DNA from: an uncultured Oscillospiraceae bacterium
GTDB taxonomy: Bacteria; Bacillota; Clostridia; Oscillospirales; Ruminococcaceae
Direction of reading: 5' to 3'
DNA length: 64,000 nt
NCBI GenBank assembly: GCA_964370845.1
Contig: CAYJLB010000008.1
Span: 552-64,551 of the forward strand
The notes under the pieces are model-generated. The model saw only the letters and a list, made by a program, of their open reading frames with translations, made no database searches and was not told the DNA's origin. Shown here in pieces: positions 18,773-25,733 of this stretch (positions are counted from its first letter, which is position 1; each line of letters starts with the position of its first letter). The translations under genes were made by a program, and so were the position numbers.

Positions 18773-18801
18773 TTGACAATTTGTTAAAAAAATGATAAAA
18801 T
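18773..18801 (+). promoter_or_regulatory. sigma-A type promoter for the 19066 lipoprotein gene
   Basis: TTGACA (18773-18778), 17 nt, TAAAAT (18796-18801). Confidence 0.55.
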
Positions 18802-19065
18802 CAAATGTAATTAATTTCAATCTATATTTAAATATCTAATTTATATTCCGAATTTATTTTTCTAAGGCTTAACCGCTATGAAAAGTAAATCTGGGTTAAT
18901 TTGGAAACGAATTAACCTTCCATGTTTGAAAAGGGATAAAAACAGCTTCACAAACTGTTGAAGCAATAGCCAATTTATTGGTTTGTTTATAATGCCTTTT
19001 CGCCTAAAAACGAAAAGGTTTTTATATTTTTGAAGAAATTTCTATTTTGAAAGGAACGTATTAAA
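18802..19065 (+). promoter_or_regulatory. ~260-nt structured 5' leader, paralogous to the 12467-12682 leader (candidate riboswitch/attenuator)
   Basis: Hairpin GGTTAATT-TGGAAACG-AATTAACC (18894-18917). A competing TTAACC lies at 18869-18874. Second hairpin at 18945-18964, then an internal intrinsic terminator. Confidence 0.45.
18995..19030 (+). terminator. leader-internal intrinsic terminator
   Basis: CCTTTTCG-CCTAAAAA-CGAAAAGG followed by TTTTTATATTTTT, 36 nt before the start codon. Confidence 0.65.
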
Positions 19066-20121
19066 ATGAAAAAATTATTAGCCCTATTGTTGTCACTTTC
19101 TTTGGTGGTAACTCTTGCCGCTTGTAGCGAGAATGCTCCTGCTGAAACTACTGAAAACACAACAGTTGCTACTGAAGCACAAACTGAAGCTGAAACCACT
19201 GAAGAAACTGAGGGAGAAACCGAAAGCGACAGTACTGAACTTCCTGCTCCTGAAATTAAGGAAGCTGTTGGAGTTACAATCCCTGAATTTTCTGTGAATG
19301 TAAATGGTGTTGACGTGACAAACGTTACTCTTGCTGACCTTGCTTTATATGAAGTTACTGCACACTCAATCAACAGTGCTGGAACTACATCTGTTACAAC
19401 TTACATAGGATTTACTGTTAAAGATATTCTTGCAGCTTCGGGAATTGAAGCTACTGGTGCAATGGTTGTAACTGCTGATGACGGATATGAAATTGAGTAT
19501 TCTGCGGAAGTTGCAAATGCTGATACTACTTTACTTGCTGTTAGCAAAAACGGCGAACAATTCGGAACTGCTCCTTGGCTTGCTCCTTGTTCTGAACAAG
19601 TTACTGGTCAATACTTAAAAAATGCTATAACTATTTCATTTGACGGTGCTGAAAGTGGCACTAGTGATGAAGAACCAGCAGAAGATGCTGATGCTGAAGT
19701 AAGCGAAGTTCCAGCTCCTGAAAAATCAGACAAAACTGCTCAAGTTACATTCTCTGATTACTCATTCTTAATCGATGGAACTCCAATCACAAATGCTACT
19801 TTAGAAGGTTTATCAATTTACAAAGTTGACGCTTCTACTTTAAAAGATGATGCTGTTACAACTTCAACTTACACAGGTTATGTTCTTTCCGACGTTTTAG
19901 CAGCTGCTGGAATTACTGATTTCACTTCAATTGTTGCTGTTGCAAATGACGGTTACGAAGTTGAATATGACAAAGAAACTGCTATGAACGAGTTCACAAT
20001 TGTTGCAATTGAAAAAGACAAAGAACTTGGCGAAGACGGAACAATTTGGATTGCTCCAGCTACTGAAACTGCTGGCAAAATGTACGCAAAATTAGTTGTT
20101 GAACTAAAGATTAATAAATAA
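19066..20121 (+). CDS. 351-aa secreted lipoprotein with two Oxidored_molyb-like modules separated by acidic T/E-rich linkers
   Basis: Lipobox VTLAAC. Two internally similar modules: ..YEVTAHS..YIGFTVKDILAASGI..VTADDGYEIEY..LLAVSKNGEQ.. and ..YKVDAST..YTGYVLSDVLAAAGI..VANDGYEVEY..IVAIEKDKE.. Confidence 0.8.
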   Translation: MKKLLALLLSLSLVVTLAACSENAPAETTENTTVATEAQTEAETTEETEGETESDSTELPAPEIKEAVGVTIPEFSVNVNGVDVTNVTLADLALYEVTAHSINSAGTTSVTTYIGFTVKDILAASGIEATGAMVVTADDGYEIEYSAEVANADTTLLAVSKNGEQFGTAPWLAPCSEQVTGQYLKNAITISFDGAESGTSDEEPAEDADAEVSEVPAPEKSDKTAQVTFSDYSFLIDGTPITNATLEGLSIYKVDASTLKDDAVTTSTYTGYVLSDVLAAAGITDFTSIVAVANDGYEVEYDKETAMNEFTIVAIEKDKELGEDGTIWIAPATETAGKMYAKLVVELKINK

Positions 20122-20133
20122 TAATCAAAAAGG

Positions 20134-20162
20134 AAAAGGGGGATAGTTTTTATCCCCTTTTT
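20134..20162 (+). terminator. intrinsic terminator
   Basis: GGGGGATA-GTTTT-TATCCCC followed by TTTTT. Confidence 0.7.
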
Positions 20163-20195
20163 GCCATATATTTTTATGAAAGGACGAACATTTTT

Positions 20196-20885
20196 ATGAA
20201 AAAACTAATCAAAACTCTTGCAATTATTACCCTTTCTACTTCAATTTTACTCACCTCTTGCCAAAATAGTAACGGGGGACAAACTATTGAAATCCCACTT
20301 CCTTCCCCTGGTGATGATATGTTTGGCGTTGACACAAACATTAATATTGAAACAATTGACAATTATTTAGGCATTGAGGACGTTGTATATGTTGATATGA
20401 GAATGTTTATCGACACTGCAAGGTATGAGGACATTGGCGGTGAATCCGTTTTAACAAAAACTATAGAAGGCTTTAAAATTATACCTTTCCCTTACATTGC
20501 GACAATGGCTGCACTTCCTGTTGAGGGTGCATTTGTGGGCGACACTTTATTTGATGTTGAATGGGGTAATGGCACTGAAATCCTTTCTGTAACGGAAAAT
20601 TATAAGGAGAGTATGCTTATTTTAGATGAACTTTTTCCTAAAGACAAGAAAATTTTCATAATGTGTGGTGGCGCTGGTTATGCGGGAATGACAAGGGCAT
20701 TGCTAATTCACCTCGGTTGGAACGAAGACTTGCTTTATAACGTTGGAGCTGGCTGGTTTTATGACGGAGAAAATGCCCTTGAGCTTGTAAAATTCCCAGA
20801 AGATGCAAATGACCCGAACATATACGCAACTTGGAGAGCGGATTATGCATATTTTGACTTTAATTTAATGACTCCTGTTGCATAA
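20196..20885 (+). CDS. secreted lipoprotein with rhodanese-like domain
   Basis: Lipobox ILLTSC. The pattern VVYVDMR..(~90 aa)..KKIFIMCGGAGYAGMTRALLIHLGWNEDLLYNVGAGWFY matches the rhodanese layout (xxDxR ... C-loop-R ... G(F/W)..V.N..GG). The loop is longer than the canonical one. Confidence 0.55.
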   Translation: MKKLIKTLAIITLSTSILLTSCQNSNGGQTIEIPLPSPGDDMFGVDTNINIETIDNYLGIEDVVYVDMRMFIDTARYEDIGGESVLTKTIEGFKIIPFPYIATMAALPVEGAFVGDTLFDVEWGNGTEILSVTENYKESMLILDELFPKDKKIFIMCGGAGYAGMTRALLIHLGWNEDLLYNVGAGWFYDGENALELVKFPEDANDPNIYATWRADYAYFDFNLMTPVA

Positions 20886-20912
20886 AACATACAGAAAGGA
20901 ATGGGCATTTTT

Positions 20913-21482
20913 ATGAAAAATAAAGGAATTTTGCTTGTTTTAACCCTTGCTTTAGTGCTTTTTACAAGTTGCTCAACTGAGGTTGAAGAAAGTTCTTCAT
21001 TTCCAATTATAAAATTTGACCACTTTTCTTCGGGGGGAGTTTCGGAGGAATACGAGGCTGTTATTTTGTTCGAGCAAAGTAATTCCACCTTTACTTCATA
21101 TCAAGTTGCATTTTTGTCCTGTAACTGCCGTGATGCTTTGGTGAGTTATTTTTCAGTTATGTACGTTGAACTTTTGAACTCAAAGGAAAATGTTGAGGAC
21201 TCGGCAATACGTTCAATAACCTTTGGAAACAATCAAGGTTTATGGGGGGACAGCAATCCAAACTACTATGTTCCCGAGTACACTGAGGAATATTATGATG
21301 AGCATTTTGTGCAAAAGCTTGTAAAAGCTACAAAATCTGACATTGACAGTTGGGCGGGTTACGGCGAGTCTATTGAGCCTATTGGTGTCGATTTAATCGC
21401 TGGTGCAACTGTTTCAACCAGCAATATAACCTCAATGTTACAAAGTTTATTTGAATACCACGAAGAAAACTATTACTCCTAG
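20913..21482 (+). CDS. secreted lipoprotein with FMN_bind-like C-terminal motif
   Basis: Lipobox-like LFTSC. GVDLIAGATVSTSNI (nt 21390-21410 for DLIAGAT) lies ~25 aa from the C-terminus, as in NqrC/RnfG/PplA FMN_bind domains. The start is probably ATG 20913; the ORF opens at 20901. Confidence 0.55.
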   Translation: MKNKGILLVLTLALVLFTSCSTEVEESSSFPIIKFDHFSSGGVSEEYEAVILFEQSNSTFTSYQVAFLSCNCRDALVSYFSVMYVELLNSKENVEDSAIRSITFGNNQGLWGDSNPNYYVPEYTEEYYDEHFVQKLVKATKSDIDSWAGYGESIEPIGVDLIAGATVSTSNITSMLQSLFEYHEENYYS

Positions 21483-21713
21483 ACGGGGAAACCCCGTTGT
21501 TATGCCCGCGTTTTTACATTGCATAATTGGAAAATTTCTGCCCGCGAGGTCGGAATTCGTAGGGCAAGGGCTCTGCTCTAGCCGTTAGTTGCATAAACTA
21601 AAGGTTTTACTCAATTTTTTTCTCAAAAAAATTGCGGGCAACGTGACGTTGCATCCATTCCCGCGTTTTTACGTTGCATAATTGGAAAATTTCTGCCCAC
21701 GAGGTCGGAATTT
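21483..21713 (-). repeat. two units of a GC-rich intergenic repeat family (terminal palindrome GCAACGTGACGTTGC at 21638-21652)
   Basis: The reverse complement aligns by eye with 41384-41609 (agagcagagcccttgc..ccgacctcg.gg..acgtaaaaacgcggg..). It lies between the stop codon at 21482 and the terminator at ~21800. Confidence 0.8.
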
Positions 21714-21796
21714 TGTAAATGCAGAATTTATTTTTTCCCTTTTCTTGAAATCTTATAGGGAATGCATTATATGCATTCCGCAATATCAAACAAAAC

Positions 21797-21843
21797 TAAA
21801 AACCAGCAAAAACTATCATTACAATAGTTTTTGCTGGTTTATT
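21797..21843. terminator. bidirectional intrinsic terminator
   Basis: AACCAGCAAAAACTAT-CATTACA-ATAGTTTTTGCTGGTT, flanked by an A-run and a T-run. It serves the convergent operons on either side. Confidence 0.8.
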
Positions 21844-21868
21844 TACATTATAATAAAATATTAAATGA

Positions 21869-22591
21869 TTACAAAACCTTTGATAAAAAGTCTTGTAAAC
21901 GTGGGTTTTCTGGGTTTGAAAAGAACTTAATTGGCTCGTTTTCTTCCTTAATTACACCCTCGTCCATGAACATTACGCGGGTTGCAACTTCCCTTGCAAA
22001 GCCCATTTCGTGGGTTACTACCACCATGGTCATTCCATCTCGTGCAAGCTCTTTCATAAGCTCCAAAACTTCACCAACCATTTCAGGGTCAAGCGCTGAG
22101 GTAGGCTCATCAAACAAAAGCACATCAGGGTTCATTGCTAAGGCTCTTACAATTGCAATACGTTGCTTTTGCCCACCTGAAAGCATTGCTGGATAGCTTT
22201 GCGCCTTATCACTAAGTCCAATTCTTTCAAGAAGTTTAAGAGCATTTGCTTCAGCGTCCTCTTTGGATTGCAATTTCAATTTCACAGGAGCTAAAGTTAT
22301 ATTTTGCAAAATTGTCAAATGTGGAAACAGGTTAAAATGTTGGAAAACCATTCCCATTTTTTGTCTTAGTTTATTAATATTAGTTTTTTTGCTGTTAATT
22401 TGAGTTCCCTCAAACCAAACTTCTCCACCAGTTGGAACTTCAAGAAGGTTTAAACAGCGAAGAAAAGTGCTTTTCCCCGAACCGGACGGACCAACAATAA
22501 CCACTTTTTCACCTTGTTCAATTGTAGTAGAAATTTCGTTTAAAACTAAATTTTTTCCAAAAGATTTTTTAAGCTTTTTGACTTCTATCAC
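21869..22591 (-). CDS. polar amino-acid ABC transporter ATP-binding protein
   Basis: [28 protein letters not shown]. GlnQ/ArtP-like, 240 aa. Confidence 0.92.
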   Translation of the reverse strand: MIEVKKLKKSFGKNLVLNEISTTIEQGEKVVIVGPSGSGKSTFLRCLNLLEVPTGGEVWFEGTQINSKKTNINKLRQKMGMVFQHFNLFPHLTILQNITLAPVKLKLQSKEDAEANALKLLERIGLSDKAQSYPAMLSGGQKQRIAIVRALAMNPDVLLFDEPTSALDPEMVGEVLELMKELARDGMTMVVVTHEMGFAREVATRVMFMDEGVIKEENEPIKFFSNPENPRLQDFLSKVL

Positions 22592-23309
22592 TTTTCGCCA
22601 ACCTCCTCTCTAACTTTCTAACTAAAGCTGAAATCAACATTACCAAAAGGAAATAAATTATCGCCGTTGTAAACAGCGGAAAATATGGTGATAATGTTCT
22701 AGCTTGTACACTTTGAGCAGCTTTTGTCACGTCGATAAGAGGAATTAACCCTACAATTGACGTTTCTTTTAAGATTGCAATGAATTCATTACAAAGTGCT
22801 GGCAAAATATTTTTTATCGCTTGTGGTAAGATGATATAACGCATTGTAGCAAATCGTGACAACCCTAAAGAACGTCCAGCTTCCGATTGTCCAGGGTCAA
22901 CAGCTAAAATCCCCGCCCTTATAATCTCGGAAACATAAGCTCCTGAATTAATACCAAAGGCGATTACAGCCACCACCATAGCGGACTCGATTGACACTAA
23001 AAAGATGTAAAACATTATTGAAAGTTGTACAACTATCGGCGTTCCACGGATTACAGCTACATAAGCTTGCAAAAGTTTACTTAAAATCTTGTACTTTCCC
23101 GTTTGATAATTTTCAACTCTTAAAATTGCTACAACAACACCTATTATAACACCTACTAAAGTTGCAAAAATTGTCAAAACAACAGTGTTTTGCAACCCTT
23201 CAAGGAACATAACGTATCTATCTTCCTCAATAAAAGTTTCGTCAAAATTCTTGATAAAACTCTCATACAAACCCACAAAAAAGCTTGCTATTGAATTTAA
23301 AAAATCCAC
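22569..23309 (-). CDS. polar amino-acid ABC transporter permease (His/Glu/Gln/Arg/opine family)
   Basis: EAA-type loop [23 protein letters not shown], 246 aa. Confidence 0.9.
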   Translation of the reverse strand: MDFLNSIASFFVGLYESFIKNFDETFIEEDRYVMFLEGLQNTVVLTIFATLVGVIIGVVVAILRVENYQTGKYKILSKLLQAYVAVIRGTPIVVQLSIMFYIFLVSIESAMVVAVIAFGINSGAYVSEIIRAGILAVDPGQSEAGRSLGLSRFATMRYIILPQAIKNILPALCNEFIAILKETSIVGLIPLIDVTKAAQSVQARTLSPYFPLFTTAIIYFLLVMLISALVRKLERRLAKSDRSQKA

Positions 23310-23404
23310 TTAAAAATCCCTTCCTGTTTAAAAATTTTCTCTAAATAAAACATTAGCAGGATATTATAACCCTGCTAATGTGAAATATTGATTATTTGAA
23401 CAAA

Positions 23405-24250
23405 TTATTCGTTAATTGTTACATTTGAGTGGTGGATAAGTGATTCTTCAATTGTTCCGTCAGCAATAAGTCTTTCAATAACTTCATCAACAACTGCTTT
23501 TAGGTCATCATTGCCTTTAGCAAGTGCAATTGCGTATTCTTCAGTTGTGTTTGAACCGTCAGCGTAAACAAGTTCAAAAGTTCTGAATTTATCGTTTTCA
23601 GAAGCAACGTTCTTTGCAGGTAGCATATCTACTACGATTGCATCAATTTTTCCAGTGTCAAGGCTTAGTGAAGCCTCAGCAGCTGAACGGAAAGTTACTA
23701 CAGATGCGCCAGTGTCTTGAAGAACACCAGTTACAGCGTTTCCGTCTTCATCTTCATAACCGTTTACTTCGTCAGAAACGATGAAATCACCAGTTGTACC
23801 ACGTTGAACACCGATTGTCATTCCAGCTAAATCTTCAATAGAATCAGCTTCAGTGTTATCTTTGTTCACGATAATATACTGTACAGAAGTTGTGTAAGGT
23901 ATAGAGAAATCAACGTGTTCTTGTCTATCAGGACGTACTGTCATACCCGCAATACCAAGGTCAGCTTGACCATTTTTTACAGCTAAAACAATTCCGTCAA
24001 ATTCAACGTCTTCAACAACAAGTTCAACGCCAATTTCATCAGCAATAGCTTGAGCAATGTCCACGTCAACACCAGCAACAGTGTTTCCGTCAGTTTTATA
24101 CTCAAATGGAGGGAAAGCAGCATTTGTGTACATTACAAGTTTACCCTCATCTTTAATTTTTTGTAGAGTACTTGCCTCTCCACATGCTGTAAAAGTTGTA
24201 GCTACAAGCACTGCGCTTAAAGCTAAAGCAAAAATTTTCTTCATTTTCAT
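23405..24250 (-). CDS. polar amino-acid ABC transporter substrate-binding lipoprotein
   Basis: Family-3 SBP pattern (..PPFEY..GVDVDIAQAIA..). Signal peptide MKMKKIFALALSAVLVATTFTAC. I place the start near 24250 behind AAGGGAG; the ORF opens at 24337. Confidence 0.88.
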   Translation of the reverse strand: MKMKKIFALALSAVLVATTFTACGEASTLQKIKDEGKLVMYTNAAFPPFEYKTDGNTVAGVDVDIAQAIADEIGVELVVEDVEFDGIVLAVKNGQADLGIAGMTVRPDRQEHVDFSIPYTTSVQYIIVNKDNTEADSIEDLAGMTIGVQRGTTGDFIVSDEVNGYEDEDGNAVTGVLQDTGASVVTFRSAAEASLSLDTGKIDAIVVDMLPAKNVASENDKFRTFELVYADGSNTTEEYAIALAKGNDDLKAVVDEVIERLIADGTIEESLIHHSNVTINE

Positions 24251-24471
24251 TTTCATTCTCCCTTTCAAAATTGCATAATTATTCATTATTTCATTATTAT
24301 ATACTATTAATTTAACATATAAATAACGATTATGCAAGTTTTTTTAATATTTTAAAAAAATAAATTAAACATATTACAAATTAAACTGGCAGTTTCATTT
24401 CTATTTGGTGATTTTGCCAAAAATTATGTTAAAATTTTATGACTAGCTACAAATTATAAGAATTATAAAAT

Positions 24472-24512
24472 TAAATAAAAATAGTACGTCAGAAATTTCT
24501 CCAACGCACTAT
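24472..24512 (-). terminator. intrinsic terminator after the PspC-domain gene
   Basis: Minus strand: AATAGTGCGT..loop..ACGTACTATT (one mismatch) followed by TTTTATTT. Confidence 0.5.
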
Positions 24513-24517
24513 TTTTT

Positions 24518-24571
24518 GCAAAATACAAATTATTTTTGAGGCAAAATACAAATTATTTTTGAGGCAAAATA
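24518..24571. repeat. 23-bp tandem duplication (2.3 copies) of gcaaaatacaaattatttttgag
   Basis: Copies at 24518-24540 and 24541-24563, plus a partial copy at 24564-24571. Copy 2 contains the stop codon and last codons of the PspC-domain gene. Confidence 0.9.
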
Positions 24572-24732
24572 ATTGCTGCAATAATGTAAGCCAATAGTCC
24601 AGCTCCGCTAAAACCAATAATAACAGCAAGAATTCTCACAATATTTACGTCCATATTAAAGTATTCAGCAAGTCCTTTGCACACACCTGCAATAATTTTT
24701 CCCTCGTTAATTTTGTAAAGTTTCTTTTCCAT
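24553..24732 (-). CDS. PspC-domain small membrane protein (59 aa; below the ORF-track cutoff)
   Basis: My translation: MEKKLYKINEGKIIAGVCKGLAEYFNMDVNIVRILAVIIGFSGAGLLAYIIAAIILPQK. The (I/M)AGVC.G.AEYF.(I/M)D...VR motif is typical of PspC domains. Confidence 0.75.
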   Translation of the reverse strand: MEKKLYKINEGKIIAGVCKGLAEYFNMDVNIVRILAVIIGFSGAGLLAYIIAAIILPQK

Positions 24733-24754
24733 AATAATCTCCCCTTATAATTTT

Positions 24755-25711
24755 TTACTTAACATTTACAGCACCAATTTGGCTGTTTACAGTGAGTTTA
24801 GCAAAACCTTTTCCACTTTCAGGAGCACCTTTACTTCTATCAACATTTACTGAACCTATGTCACTTTTTGCAACTACTTCATAATTTCCAATTCCGTCAG
24901 TCAATGTTACATCAATTTTCCCAACTTGACTTGTAAAATTGTTATCACCGCATAAAGTTCCAACAAAATCAATTTTTCCTATATCAGTTTTAATTTTTCC
25001 GTCAGTAATTTTTGTTTTTTCAATAGAAATTGCTCCAACATTTGACTTCATTTCGCAATTTTCTAAAGTACAATCCTTAAGTGAAATTTTCCCTATATCA
25101 CTGGTAATTTTTGATTTTGCAAAACCACAATTCTCAATAATGGTGTTCCCAATATTATTTTTTGTTGCAATAAATTCGCAAGCTAAATCCCTTGGCAACT
25201 TTATAGTAACGTTTGGATATTGGGACTTTGAACCACCTTCATTAATAAATGAGTTCACAACGCCTTTCTTTTTTGTTTGTAAAACTTTTACACAACCGTT
25301 TTCATAACTAAGCTTAATATTATCTTCATCAGATTTTGAAACGTCGATATACAAAGTTTTCCCAAAATTCTCACAAGGCTCTATTTTAATATACCCTACT
25401 TGCATTTCAATGTCAAGTGAAAACCGCTTTTTTAAGGTAATTTTTTCAGTATAACTTTCCGTGTGTTCCTCACTTTTATTAGAATTAATCATTTTTATAA
25501 TTACATAAACTGCAAAAATACATACTGCAATAAAAACTAATCTAACAACAACTCCAACAAACGAGCCTAAACCTAAGAAGTTAAAATCAAAAATATTTGG
25601 GATAAATCCAAACCAACTATCCATATTAAATAGTATAAAAACAAAATATGGAAGTATGCAAAATACTATTACAAGTGCAATTATTAGTTTTAATAAATTA
25701 TTATTATTCAT
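24755..25711 (-). CDS. membrane-anchored DUF4097-like beta-repeat protein
   Basis: Two N-terminal TM segments, then repeated (S/T)x(I/V)G.I.(I/V/F) strands (NIGNTII, DIGKISL, NVGAISI, DIGKIDF, QVGKIDV, DIGSVNV, QIGAVNV). Confidence 0.65.
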   Translation of the reverse strand: MNNNNLLKLIIALVIVFCILPYFVFILFNMDSWFGFIPNIFDFNFLGLGSFVGVVVRLVFIAVCIFAVYVIIKMINSNKSEEHTESYTEKITLKKRFSLDIEMQVGYIKIEPCENFGKTLYIDVSKSDEDNIKLSYENGCVKVLQTKKKGVVNSFINEGGSKSQYPNVTIKLPRDLACEFIATKNNIGNTIIENCGFAKSKITSDIGKISLKDCTLENCEMKSNVGAISIEKTKITDGKIKTDIGKIDFVGTLCGDNNFTSQVGKIDVTLTDGIGNYEVVAKSDIGSVNVDRSKGAPESGKGFAKLTVNSQIGAVNVK

Positions 25712-25733
25712 ATCAAATTATTCCTCCTTTTTA

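Noticed and set aside
12683-20121. Interpreting the seven Oxidored_molyb-like modules as active molybdoenzymes, which would link them functionally to the tungsten/molybdopterin AOR at 43269..45125.
   Set aside because: By eye no Cys is found at the expected Mo-ligand position, the proteins are secreted lipoproteins, and no Moco biosynthesis or Tat signal (no RR motif) is present. The AOR is 22 kb away in an unrelated context. The modules are treated as binding or pseudo-enzyme modules until tested.
21607-21789. Short ORFs sharing the peptide WMQRHVA (21607..21789 minus, 29056..29238 plus, 39587..39868 plus, and the N-terminal extension 41587..41658 of the sigma-factor ORF). At first they looked like a small conserved protein family.
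   Set aside because: The shared peptide is simply the translation of the repeated DNA tggatgcaacgtcacgttgc. The ORFs have no RBS, they overlap real genes or terminators, and outside the repeat their sequences are unrelated.
24518-24571. A possible CRISPR array or minisatellite.
   Set aside because: There are only 2.3 directly abutting copies of a 23-bp unit, with no spacers. No cas genes occur anywhere in the window.
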